Of a DNA stretch of 64,000 bases, positions 51,497 to 63,573 are shown piece after piece. Location: NCBI GenBank assembly GCA_964016885.1, contig OZ024743.1, positions 125,364,001 through 125,428,000 of the forward strand, in the 5' to 3' direction. A model generated the notes under the pieces. That model worked only from the letters and a program-made list of their open reading frames with translations, had not been told where the DNA came from and made no database searches. The translations under genes and the position numbers were made by a program. Numbering within the stretch: position 1 is the first letter of the stretch; the number at the start of each line of letters is the position of its first letter. This stretch comes from Eledone cirrhosa (Eukaryota).

Positions 51497-53158
51497 GTGT
51501 TAGTCGAGGGGAGTATAATAAGTAAGGCAATCAAGGATATGAAGACGAGTAAGGCGGCTGGGCCTTCGGAAATAGTTGCTGAGATGCTGAAGGCATCTGG
51601 CACGGTGGGACACACCATGGTCACCCGCATAGTTAACCAAGTCGTACAGAATGGGGTTGTTCCGAAGGACTGGCATAGCAGCATCATCGTTAACTGTTAT
51701 AAGGGTAAAGGAGACGCCCTAGATAGGAGTAACTATAGAGGCATTAAATTAATCGACCAGGTCATGAAGGTCACGGAAAAAGTAATAGCACAACTAATCA
51801 GAGAGAGAATTGACCTAGATGAAATGCAGTTCGGGTTTGTGTCAGGCAAAAGTACCACAGACGCTCTTTTCATTGTACGACAACTACAGGAGAAGTACCT
51901 AGCTAAAGGTAAACCCCTCTACTTAGCTTTTGTCGACTTGGAGAAAGCCTTCGACAGAGTCCCCCGCTCCATTATCTGGTGGGCTCTTAGAAAACTAGGC
52001 GTTGATGAATGGCTTGTGAGAGCTATACAAGCCATGTATAAAGAAACAGTCAGCAAGGTTAGAATTAACAACGAATATAGTGAAGAGTTTAGCGTAAAAG
52101 TTGGCGTCCATCAGGGCTCTGTTCTCAGCCCCCTACTATTTATTATTGCCCTTCAGGCTATAACAGAGGAGTTCAAGACCAGCTGCCCATGGGAACTCCT
52201 ATACGCAGACGACCTGACACTCATAGCGGAATCAATGGCCGAGCTAGAGAAGAAATTCCAAACATGGAAGCACGGCCTAGAATCAAAAGGCCTTAAAATT
52301 AACCTGGCTAAGACTAAAGTTCTAGTTTGTAGGAAAGAAAATAAGGCGGCGGTCCCTTCTGGGAAATGGTCGTGCTCGGTGTGTAGGAAAGGCGTAGGTA
52401 GAAACTCCATTTTATGTCCTAAATGCAAAGTATGGGTGCATAAAAGATGTAGTGGGATCACAGGTAAGCTAACTAAGAACATAGATTTTACATATGGCCG
52501 GTGCTCTGGTGCAATAAGTAGCAGCAAGTGCCCACAAAATACTAGCTCTTTCAATTGCGCAGAGGGTTCTATAGAAATAGTGGACAGTTTCCGTTACCTG
52601 GGTGATAAAATCAGCAGTGGGGGAGGGTGCTCTGAAAGTACTGTAGCTAGAGTCAGAACTGGTTGGAAAAAGTTCAGAGAGCTTATACCACTATTAGCTG
52701 CTAAAGGGTTCTCCCTAAAAATGAAAGGCAGGTTGTACGATGCCTGCATACGAACAGCAATGTTGCATGGCAGTGAGACCTGGGCATTGTGTGCAGAGGA
52801 TATACGCAGACTAGAGAGGAACGAAGCTTGCATGCTCCGCTGGATGTGTAACAGTAATATACGTGAACGGCAAAGCATAAACGAACTAAGGAAAAAATTA
52901 GAAATAAGAGGGATCAGATGTTGTTTACTCGAGAGAAGGCTACGTTGGTATGGACACGTGATGCGCATGAAAGTCGATAGCTGTATAACAAAGTGCAGGG
53001 CAATAAAGATAGACGGTAGCCACGGAATAGGCAGACCTAGAAAAACCTGGGACGAGCTGATAAACTCCGACCTCACACACTTACACCTCTCCAAGACAAT
53101 GTCACTGGACCGAGACCTTTGGCGGTACTCAGTAACAGAGAAGACCCGCCTTACCTAA
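51497..53158 (+). CDS. RTE-clade LINE reverse transcriptase, uninterrupted 553 aa (element ~51460-53200, 5'-truncated, no endonuclease domain)
   Basis: Motifs KAAGP, NYRGIKL, QFGF, FVDLEKAFDRVP, GVHQGSVLSPLLF, LYADDL, FRYLG and RLRWYGHVMRM. Confidence 0.93.
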   Translation: MLVEGSIISKAIKDMKTSKAAGPSEIVAEMLKASGTVGHTMVTRIVNQVVQNGVVPKDWHSSIIVNCYKGKGDALDRSNYRGIKLIDQVMKVTEKVIAQLIRERIDLDEMQFGFVSGKSTTDALFIVRQLQEKYLAKGKPLYLAFVDLEKAFDRVPRSIIWWALRKLGVDEWLVRAIQAMYKETVSKVRINNEYSEEFSVKVGVHQGSVLSPLLFIIALQAITEEFKTSCPWELLYADDLTLIAESMAELEKKFQTWKHGLESKGLKINLAKTKVLVCRKENKAAVPSGKWSCSVCRKGVGRNSILCPKCKVWVHKRCSGITGKLTKNIDFTYGRCSGAISSSKCPQNTSSFNCAEGSIEIVDSFRYLGDKISSGGGCSESTVARVRTGWKKFRELIPLLAAKGFSLKMKGRLYDACIRTAMLHGSETWALCAEDIRRLERNEACMLRWMCNSNIRERQSINELRKKLEIRGIRCCLLERRLRWYGHVMRMKVDSCITKCRAIKIDGSHGIGRPRKTWDELINSDLTHLHLSKTMSLDRDLWRYSVTEKTRLT

Positions 53159-53261
53159 ATACATAGTAAAACCTACTACAGCCAGTAGGCATCTCTAACA
53201 AAATACCCTTTTGGCTCTGCTAAAAAGTTATAAAAATTAGCATTTTTGAGGGATAGGGTTA

Positions 53262-53275
53262 TATATACATGCATG

Positions 53276-53369
<94 letters not shown>

Positions 53370-53370
53370 C

Positions 53371-53442
<72 letters not shown>
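53262..53442. repeat. Compound (TA)n/(CA)n/(GT)n microsatellite
   Basis: Direct reading. Confidence 0.95.
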
Positions 53443-53443
<1 letters not shown>

Positions 53444-53479
53444 GAAAGAGAGTAGACATAAACTCCATTTGAAGTACAC

Positions 53480-54720
53480 AATGACCTGGAAAAGCATTTG
53501 ACAGAGTACCCCAATCAATTATCTGGTGGCCCTTAAGGAAATTAGGAGTAAAAGAATGGTTGGTGAGAGCAGTGCAAGTCATGTATAGAGGAGCTGTCAA
53601 CTAAGTGAGAGTAGGAAATAAGTTAAGTGAAGAATTCAAGGTACAAGTTGGAGTTCATCAAGGTTCAATTTGTAGCCCACTACTATTTATTATAGTCCTC
53701 CAGGCTATAACAGAGGAGTTTAACACTGGCTGCCCATGGGAACTTCTCTATGCAGATGATTTGGTACTTATAGCTGAATCCAATAAAGACCTAGAAAATA
53801 AGTTCTGACCAAGGAAACAGAATTTAGAATCAAAAGGCTTAAGAGTAAACTTAGCCAAAACTAAAGTGCTAGTGGGTAGGAGAGAAGATAGGACCTGTAT
53901 ACCTTCAGGAAAATGGCCCTGCTCAATATGTAGAAAAAGAGTAGGCATAAACTCCATACAATGTACACAATGTTAATCTTGGGTACACAACAGATGTAGT
54001 GAGATAACGAGTAAGTTAACAGGAAGGAAAGACTTTGTTTGTAGAGGATGCACATGGGTAATCGAGGGGAAGATAACTAGCGATGTAAGTCTATTCCTGT
54101 CACAGGAAGGACCCATAGAAGAGGTTGATAGCTTCTACCATCTAGGGAACATAATTAGCAATGGAGGAGGGTGATCTGAGAGCATAATAGCTCGAATAAG
54201 GATAGGATGGAAAAAGTTCAGAGAGCTACTCCCAGTGTTGACCACAAAAGGTTTCTCCCTACGTACAAAAGGATGACTGTATGATGCCTGTCTGCAAAGT
54301 AGTGAAAAATGGTCTGTGACTACAGAGGACATGCATAGACTGGAGACAAATGAAGCAACCATACTCCGTTGGATGTGGAATGTAAGTGTGAGAGAAAAGC
54401 AGAGCTTGAACGAGCTAAGGGAGAAGCTGGGTTTAAGAGGAATCCAAGGTGGTGTGCAGGAGTCGACTGCATTGGAATGGACAAGTGATGCGCATGGACA
54501 ATGAGTGATGGGTGAAGAAGTGCCAGGAAATGCCTGTGGAATGAAGCTACAGTAGAGGTAGACCAAGACCTGAGCAGAGATTGTAAGAGCTGACCTCAAA
54601 TCACTTAGACTCACAGAGGAGATGACGAAGAAACACGACAAGTGGAGAAAGACCATGCTGAGAAGGACCCATTCAACCCAAGCAAGCATGGAAAAACGGA
54701 CATAAAAACGATGATGATGA
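53480..54720 (+). mobile_element. Degenerate RTE LINE (short-tail subfamily)
   Basis: DLEKAFDRVP, GVHQGSICSPLLF and LYADDL peptides with many stops. Tail caagcaagcatggaaaaacggacataaaaacgatgatgat. Confidence 0.88.
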
Positions 54721-54851
54721 TAAATGTATATATATATGTGTGCATATAGATATACCGCCAAAAAATGATTACACTCTTTGATTACCTGTACAGGCAATAT
54801 TTATTAGAATGCTGTTGAAGTATGTATAGATTTGTTTGGGACATCCTGTAT

Positions 54852-55665
54852 ATCATCACTGTTTTACGCCCATTCTTCCACGCTAGCATGGGTTAAACAG
54901 GTTGTCTTGTTGTGGGCAATGCCAGGTCAGGTGACCTTGTCTTGCTCATATGGAACTGATTTTGACTTGATTTCTACAGCTGGATGCCCTTCCTAACACC
55001 AACTTCATTTACAGTGAGTACTGGGTGCTTTTTTGCTGTGGCACCTACACAACCACTTTACAGTGTGAACTGGGTGATTTTTGTCGAGACACCTACATGA
55101 CCACTTTACAGTGTGAGGGGGGTGGGAGCATACTGTCTATACACTTCAGCTTCGGCTTCTACCTGTGGGAAGTCAGATCTTCTGTATTACTGCGTAACGC
55201 CAAAGGTCTCGGTCATGTGTCATTGCCTTTGAGAGATGCAATTGGGCAAGGTCAGCTTTTATTACCTCATCCCAGGTCTTCTTGGGTCTCCCCACTCTAC
55301 GGCTTCTATCAACGTTTAGTGCTCTGCACCTTTTTATGCAGCTGTCATCCTTCATACACATCACATGTCCATACAAACGTAATCTGCTCTCCTGTACACA
55401 GCATTTGATTCTTCTTATGCTTAGGCTCTCTCTCAATTCGTTTATGCTTTGCCATTCACATATATTACTATTGTACATCTATCGGAGCATGCAAGCTTTG
55501 TTTCTTTCTAATCTATGCAAGTCTTCTGCACACAATGCGAAGGTATCACTACCATGTAACATTGCTGTTCGTACAGTCTGTCTTTCATTTTGAGGGAAAA
55601 GGCCTTTCACAGCTAGCAGTGGTAATAGTTCCTTGAACTTCTTCCATCCCATTCTTACCCTGGAC
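54852..55665 (-). mobile_element. RTE LINE 3' fragment with long 3'UTR
   Basis: RVRMGWKKFKELLPLL and RLRLYGHVMCMKDD peptides. The UTR matches the reverse complement of 40740-41060. Confidence 0.88.
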
Positions 55666-57669
55666 ACACACATATGATTTCACTACAACTCCATCATATC
55701 AAGAACCACAATAACATTGGTGGCAGTGACAAAAGTTATTAGGTTTTTTTAATTTTATATTCGGTTGAAGCAGAGGGCTGTTCTTTGAGAGAGATGAGCT
55801 ATAAAGTTCTAGGATTTTTGTAGGGTTGTTGTAGTATTTTATCAATTCCTAACATAAACAGAAATTGATTTCAAAAGAAAGTGTATCTAAACATGTTTAA
55901 CTGAAATACTGAAACAACATGTGTGTGTGGATAAATTGTATATAAGTTTACATGTGTACATTTAATCAACATACATTTAGTTTTACTGTGTAAATAGATT
56001 CTGTGGTCTCCCTCCAGAACAGACTAGAGAACAGCTCTACTAGTTTCACCTGGTTATTGCCAACTTATCATGAATGTTTATTGTACTTGTTCTACAGGGG
56101 GAGAATGAGAGAGACTAGCATAAAACTACTTATGAAAAATACAGTGAAAAACAGGCACAAATTTTACAAAAGACCATCATCTTATCAAGATATAGATTTA
56201 TCCCTCATCTAATTAACTCAATGGCCACTCCATATAAGTGTTGGACTCTGTGGATTTTAGCATTTTGGACAAACATAAAGCAGTATGAAATATATCAATC
56301 GAAACACAAGGGTGTATACAGAAAAAGCTTACAACACAATAGTAAATATAACAACACAAAGTATTAGCAGATTAAAAGAGATTAAGGTTAGTCTATTTGA
56401 AGAGAGAGACCACACGTAAGTAACATTCACTATAAAAATGAGGGTAGGTAGGATAAATCAACGATGCACTGAGAAAATATTAAGGTATTCAGTACAGTGA
56501 TTTATAAAATGGGCGGTACTGCCCACCCCCACTCCATGGAGGAGGAGATTGCCTAAGGGGATGGTAGGGTGTGCCAAGGTAAGAAACAGTACTTCCAGAT
56601 ATAAAATAATAACTATGTATTGTCATTTATTGACAGTCACAGCCAAGAAGATTTGGAAACACCTGGAAGGTGACAGAGGGCATATAGATTGATATATCTT
56701 GTATATTTCTATGGCACTGTACCTATCTAGCAAATTTTAATGAACAGCAGATGTAAAGGATGATGATGATGATAATGACATTGACAATAAAAACAACGAC
56801 AACAAATAAAATAACTACTGAGAAAAGACAAAACAAAATTCAAAAAGAAATTATATCTCAGAAGACACAAATTAAGAGGAAGGATTCTGTGCAAGACTTA
56901 CCCAATTCATACAAGAATGGAAAAATAAACATAAAATAATTGTTTCTACTTTTGGCACAAGGCCAGCAATTATCCCAGTACATTACTGATGCTTTATTTT
57001 ATTAACCCCGTAAGAATGAAAAGCAAAGTTAACTTCAGTTAACCTGATGCTCTACCAATACTGCCAATAAAAAGAATTACAAATACTATTATTTTGTATG
57101 TTGTGTTGTCTACAACATTACATACAAAATGATTTTCTATATTTTGGGGGAGTTGTACTTGTTTGGCAAGTGACTTGATCTGACATTGTGTATTGAACCT
57201 AAAACAATTAATTACATTGTGGAAGAACCATATTAGCCATTCAAAAAGCAAGCAAAAATTGTTAAATTCATTTTACATTTATCAATTACTGTATTTGATG
57301 GCTTATAAGGCGCACTTTTTTTTTCCAAAAATGTCCCATAAAATCACCCTGGCTAGTGGAGTTCTAATGCTGCAATGGCCCTTAAATTAAACCACAAAGA
57401 TCTCCACAACTCGGCGATCACTTCTACACCAACAAAGCTACAATTTTATTACATTTTATGATGAATAAAATAAATTATTTTCACTTTCTTTTGTTTTAAA
57501 AATGTACTGAATATTTCAACAAAAAATACAATGTAGAGAATAAAGTAAATTTATTTTTACACATCCTTATATTTTAAAAATGTACTAAAACATTGCAACT
57601 AGAATTATGATCTAGAGTAATAAAAAAAAAATATGATATACAAACTTTATACCCTTCCCGTGACATTCA

Positions 57670-57980
57670 TAGTTTAAACCCATTTATTTATTTGTTTTTT
57701 AAATGCCTGCCCAAATTGAGGTATGTTTTCGCTCTGATCGATCGACAAAATCCCAGACCTCATTTGCTTGCCAAGTGCGGTGGACCTCATCAAATCAGAC
57801 CAAGGAAACAATGTTTCCATTGGTCTTTCCATTGCTGATACTATCCTAACTCCTGGCAGAAGGATCAACATGAAATAAAGTGTCTTGCTGAAGGACACAA
57901 CACATCACCCAGTCCGAGAATTGAACTCGCAACCTCACAATTGCTAATCCAACTCTCTAACCACTAAACCACACATCTTC
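57670..57980 (-). mobile_element. tRNA-derived SINE
   Basis: Reverse complement reads gaagatgtgtggtttagtggttagag...gagttcaattctcggactggg...tccttcagcaagacactttatttc. Its 3' half differs from the array SINE. Confidence 0.8.
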
Positions 57981-58595
57981 ACTTATAAGCAGTCAAATAT
58001 GGTATTCCTGGTATCAAAATTTTGTGCACTGTTTGCAACCTGGTCATTGGAAGTGTGTTAGTGATCAGGTCACACAAATATTAATGCTAAGAAATAAATG
58101 ATAGATTTAACAATTTTGTATATTTGAAAAGCTAAAATTATTTTTTCTTTATCATTTTTAGCAACAGTGCCAACATACAATTATGAACACTTCATTTTTT
58201 TTTCAATATATTGATTAAGATGTTTGCTTTACAACCCCATGGGTTTAATCCCTTTGCACAGCATATTGTATCTTCTACTGTATCCTCAGATAGACCAATA
58301 ATGTGCGAGTAGAATTTGATAGATGGAAACTGTGCAGAAGCGTGCGCGCACGCGCGTGTGCGTGTGTGTGAATGTGTGTGTATGTGCCCATGTTTGTGTA
58401 AATCAATGTCAAGTTGCATCCTTTTATGTTGAAAAGGCAACTTAGCCATTCAATAAACAGAAGTTGATAAAATAGGTAGTAGAATGAAATAAGTAATGGG
58501 GTCAATATGATTGGCTAAAACCCCTCAAGACAATGCCTCCAATGATTGACATCAATCAAATCATATAACGATATATAAAAATGTACACATCTTAC

Positions 58596-58712
58596 CTGCA
58601 TCTCATACCAGACATCTTCATCCATGGTAGTTGAAGACGTAACATGTTGTATAGGAGCCAGAATACAATGTCCCTCTGTCAGAGAAGGATAATCTGGAAG
58701 AGCTAAATACAC
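58596..58712 (-). CDS. CWF19L2: CWF19-like protein 2, internal coding exon (39 codons, phase 0/0)
   Basis: Flanked by tttag|GTG and CAG|gtaag. Translates [39 protein letters not shown], matching the CwfJ C-terminal region as I recall it from human CWF19L2 ([20 protein letters not shown]...DEDIWEEIQ). No upstream exon was recognised in the remaining 5 kb. Confidence 0.93.
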
Positions 58713-59290
58713 CTAAATCGACAAAATATAAACAACAATAATTACAGTATCTGTAATTCTAAGCGAGGACTTATCTATTCAAAGTGAGATTAAAAATTTC
58801 AAATTGAGATTTTGTGACATAAAAATGAGAATGGTGATTTGGCTATATTGTAAAAGATAAGATAACATAACATCATTTGTAATGTCAACAATGTGTACTT
58901 CTCTCATTAATTATAAGTTTTTATCAGTCAAGTGACCATCATGGTCATCATCGTTTAACATCCATTTCCACATCTGCATAGATTAGACAGATTGTCACGC
59001 TATGAGACAAGTCAGGTCCAGAGACCATGTCTTACTCAAATGGATCTGTATTTTGGGTTGGTTTCTATGGCTGGATGCTGTTCCTAATGCCAACCACATT
59101 ACAGTGGTTATAATATCTTATTTTTTCAGCTGTAAGTATGGCAATATCATTGATCCACAATCATAACAATCTATGAACTGATTGCAAGCAACTTTACACA
59201 TTGATGATTTCTTTGTTCCACATTCACTTGAAGTTGTTTATCAAGGCATTAAAATAAAACAGTTTAAAGAATAATCAGTTTACTTCTTAA

Positions 59291-59511
59291 CCCTTTAGCA
59301 TTTACATTACTCTATATTTACTATTGTATTTTCACTGTGAAGGCTTTACTTCACATAATTATCACACGTAATATCAAACCTATGAGATTTTGAGATTATT
59401 TATTTTGAGAACAATATCTTAACATCAGTTTGAGCAGCCAGTTATGGCCGGTTTGAACAGAAAGAGGTGAGAGAATTCTGACAGGATATGGCCGGTTTAA
59501 ATGCTTAAGAG
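59291..59511. mobile_element. piggyBac-type MITE, full length
   Basis: TTAA|ccctttagcattta ... taaatgcttaagag|TTAA. Confidence 0.85.
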
Positions 59512-60133
59512 TTAAACAATTAGATGCTGCACTGTGTGTGAAAAATCTATTTGTGAAAAGATTTTAGAAGCTGCATGCTTTATCAGATGGAAAATAAGCT
59601 ATTGCTTCTAACTGATAAAATCTTTGTTGCTACATTTTCTCTGTGAAAAGATGCATTATCTATTCTTGGCTAATCATATCAAGTAAGTTTAGGTTTTGTT
59701 TAAGTAACATGAGCTCACTATGAAATTGTTATGTCCCAATTTGATGTCGTACATGCTCATTTTGAAATCACTTTTCTCCCTTTGATATACGCTCACTTTG
59801 AACTGATATAAGAATTACAAGTATTACAATGATCTAACATCAGTTTTTTTTTTTTTTGTTCTTCGGTTGTGTCAAGGACATGACAACCTCCCTAATGCCA
59901 CTACCACAATAAAGTGCACCAGTACGTTCTATAAAGTCATTGATGATAGGAAGGGCATCCAACTGCAGACAACCGGAAAGTATGTGATATGTGCCCCTCC
60001 TTGCCTGCCTCTCTGAGAAGACAGTAACTCCAATTAAGTATTGATTTGGTCTGCGACAACATGTCCAACCCATGCTAGCATAGAAAAAAAGATATTAAAT
60101 GATGATGATAATGTGGTTTAGTCATGTTATTGT

Positions 60134-60490
60134 GAAGATGTGTGGTCTAGTAATTAAGGTGTTTGGTTCATGAGTTCAATTCCTGGACTGAGCGGCGTGT
60201 TGTATTTTTGAGTAAGAGACTTTATTTTGCTTTGCTCCAGTCCACTCAGCTGGAAAAAAACGAGTACCAACAACAGCTAGGTTTAACTCTGTAACAGACT
60301 CCTATCCCATCCAGGGGAAAATTGTTTGTCTACAACAACACTGGTGTCAAACTGTTTCTCTTGGACAACATCAATATCATGAAGGGAGACTGGTATAGAC
60401 AGGTGACAAATGGTCTTCCACAAAAACACTTTGCCTGGGATTGTGCCTTGAAGGGGAACTTTATTGGTGAAAATCCATGGTCAGTCATGA
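60134..60490 (+). mobile_element. tRNA-derived SINE (diverged)
   Basis: A and B box remnants and gagtaagagactttattt...ttgctccagtccactcagctg. Confidence 0.7.
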
Positions 60491-60514
60491 TAGTCTCATA
60501 ATAATAACAGTAAT

Positions 60515-60730
60515 TGTTTCTACTTTAGGCACAAGGCCAGTAATTTTGGGGGAGGGGAAAGTCAATGTAATCAACCCCAGTGCTTAACTGGTACTTCATT
60601 TTATCAACACCGTAAGGATGAAAAGCAAAGCTAACTTCGGCAGGATTTGAACTCAGAATGTAAAGGGCTGTAACTTTGTGTTGTGAAGCAGGGTGTCCGA
60701 CACTCCACCGACTCTGCTGCCAGTCCACTG
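60515..60730 (-). mobile_element. Short interspersed repeat (related fragments at ~31710-31870, 45330-45460 and 56940-57065)
   Basis: Shared ctggtactt.attttatc.acc.cg.aaggatgaaa.gcaaagttaacctcggcaggatttgaactcagaa, with a B-box-like GAGTTCAAATCC on the minus strand. Confidence 0.7.
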
Positions 60731-61149
60731 CCCATAATAATAATAATAATAGTAATAATAATAATGAAAATTATTGTGTAGAGTGCTCAGGTGCACTACA
60801 ACTCATCAAAAGGTGCATGTATAGTACATAGAATAATGTACAAATGTTCATATGTATGGAGGAGGAATATCAGGTGTAGTGTTGGCGAATTTCGGGAAGT
60901 ATGGAGGTTTTGAAGGATGCAGTGTCCCAACAGTTACCAATTGATGCATGGTTAATCAAGCTATTGATTTTCGAGTTATGTAATTAGTGTTACCATCAAT
61001 GTTATATAATGCAGTTGACGACAGAAGTATTGGGAAAATTTGAAATTAAAAATGTATGCATTCCAATGCAAATAACCATAATAATAGTAATTTGCATTGG
61101 GGTGCTCACATTTCATATATATAAATATATTTCAAAGTTTACCTAGTCA

Positions 61150-61527
61150 GTAGGCACCTCTTAACCAAATATACACGCCAACCCACTACCTCTACTCCAT
61201 CCTCCCACTCCCACCAACACCACCCTTCCTCTGTAAAGTTATATTGATACCACAACATCCAGTCCAAACTAAAAAGGTTGTGTAGGTGTCACGACAAAAA
61301 AGCACCCAGTTCACGCTGTAAAGTGGTCATGTAGGAAACACAATAAAAAGGCTCCCAGTCCACACTATGTGGTTGGTGCTAGGATGGGCATCCAGCCGTA
61401 GAAAACCTGCCAGATACAGTCCTATACAAGCAAGACATGGTTACCTGATCAATCTTGCCTCAAGTGGGAAAATTCCTCGTCTAACCCATGCTAGCTTGAA
61501 AGATAGAAATTAAACGATGATGATGAT
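61150..61527 (+). mobile_element. RTE 3'UTR fragment
   Basis: Matches the reverse complement of 42310-42680, with an (ATG)n tail. Confidence 0.78.
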
Positions 61528-61595
61528 ATTTGAAATATGTGCACCTCAATACAAACGACCATAATTAGGATCATTTCCATGGTTCCAACTACCTA

Positions 61596-62222
61596 TCATC
61601 ATCATCATTGTTTTACATCAGCTATTCTAAGCTTGCATGGATTGGACATGTCTTTTCCAACACAGCAGCCCTTCACTCATCACAGTCCTTTGTCATCTAC
61701 GTGAGCTTCAATGATTTGAGATCAGCTCTTGCATCTTCCACCCAGGTCTTCCTTGGTCTACCTCTGCTGCAGCTTCCATCCACAGACACTTCTTAACCCA
61801 ATGATCAACATCTATATACATCATATGTTCATACCAATATAGTCTTCTCTTCTGCACACTACATCTGATTCCTCTTATAACCAATTTTTCTCTTACCACA
61901 TCTAGGCTATGTCTTTTATATATATTAACATTGCATATCCATGAAAGCATTCTTGCTTCATTTTTCTCCAGTCTTTGCATATCCTCTGCATACACTGCCC
62001 ATGTCTCACTACCATGCAACATCGTGCATTACACACAGGCATCTTACAGCCAACCTATTGTTGTCAATAGAGGTAGTAGCTCCCTGAACTTTTTCCATTG
62101 TGTTCTTATTTTAGTTACTATGCTCGAAGAACCTCCTCCTCCACTGCTAATTATATAACCTAGATAACAGATGTTATTAACTACTTCTACGGATCCTTCC
62201 TGAGATTGGAAAAATTTAATTT
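61596..62222 (-). mobile_element. Degenerate RTE LINE 3' fragment (short-tail type)
   Basis: WKKFRELLPLLTT and MLHGSETWAV peptides, with a (CAT)n tail at ~61597. Confidence 0.85.
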
Positions 62223-62227
62223 CCACG

Positions 62228-62385
<158 letters not shown>

Positions 62386-62546
62386 CCATATATTCCCTTT
62401 GACAACATCGGTGGCATGGAGGAGGGAGATCGGTATGCATGGGTGACTATTGGTATTCTACAAATAACCTTGCCTGAACTTGTGCCTCTAGGTGCAAATA
62501 CCATTGTCATTCGTGACCGAAGGGGTCCAGTATATATATATATTTG

Positions 62547-62760
62547 TTTGTAGAAGACCAGCAGTCACCCATGCATACCGGTCTCCCTTCTCCATGCCAC
62601 CGATGTTGTCCTAGGAAAAGGCAATGGCCGATACAGCTTGGGTAAACAGGAGCAACATGAAATAAAGTGTCTTGCTCAAGGATACAACGCATCACACAGT
62701 CTGGGAATTGAACTCACAACCTCACGATTGTAAGTTCAACGCTCTAACCACTAAGCCATC
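62547..62760 (-). mobile_element. tRNA-derived SINE, 5' part, facing an oppositely oriented 3' SINE fragment at ~62385-62530
   Basis: Reverse complement reads tggcttagtggttagagcg...gagttcaattccc...tccttgagcaagacactttatttc. Confidence 0.8.
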
Positions 62761-62957
62761 AACCATATACACATTATAAATTATACACATGAAAACTAAA
62801 GTGCAACCTTAGATTTCATGATCTGACTAGACTGTATGATTACAATCAGTAATAAGCTAGTGCATCGTCAGGCATCCATTTTGAAATATCTGTACGAGAG
62901 CATTATTTTCTTTTTATTGTCCCTCTCGCTATACACACACACACATACACACACATA

Positions 62958-62995
<38 letters not shown>

Positions 62996-63187
62996 ATCAT
63001 CACCACCATCGTTTAACTTCTATCTTCCATGCTAGCATGGTTTAGATGGTTTTGACCCATTTAGTGGAAAGTTGGGTTGGGTGACCGAGTCTTGCTCATA
63101 TAGGACTGTTTCTGGCTGATTTTCTACGGCTGTATGCCCTTCCTAACGCCAACCACATTTACAGGGTATGCTAGATATATATATTAT

Positions 63188-63573
63188 GGAGGCACATGGC
63201 TTAGTGGTTTGAGCATTGAGCTTGCAATCGAAAGGTTTTGAGTTTAATTCTCAGACCGGGTGATGTGTTGTTTCCTTGAGCAAGACACTTTATTTTCACA
63301 TTGCTCCAGTTGACTCAGCTGTAGAAATGAGATGATAGGGACTGAGGTCCATATCATTCCCCTGCAAAGTGGTCATGTAAGTGCCACGGAAAAAAAGCAC
63401 CCAGCACTCACTGTAAATGAGGTTGGTGTTAGGAAGGGCATCCAGCTGTAGAAATCAAGCCAAAATCAGTTCCCATATGAGCAAGACAAGGTCAGCCAAC
63501 CGGGCACTGCTCACAACAGGACAACCCGTCTAACCCATGCTAGCGTGGAAGAATGGATGCAAAACGGTGATGA
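63188..63573 (+). mobile_element. Full-length tRNA-derived SINE with the long RTE-3'UTR tail
   Basis: Head and body are near-identical to the SINE at 26358. The last ~230 bp match the LINE end at ~40850-41060. Confidence 0.9.

Noticed and set aside
51497-53158. Active autonomous LINE or domesticated RT gene
   Set aside because: 5'-truncated with no endonuclease domain, 3'UTR and tail lost, and one finger cysteine mutated. The open frame is compatible with recent insertion.
53176-53600. ORFs rich in YI, HT or CV dipeptides (also at 35107, 38171 and 62206)
   Set aside because: They are translations of dinucleotide microsatellites.
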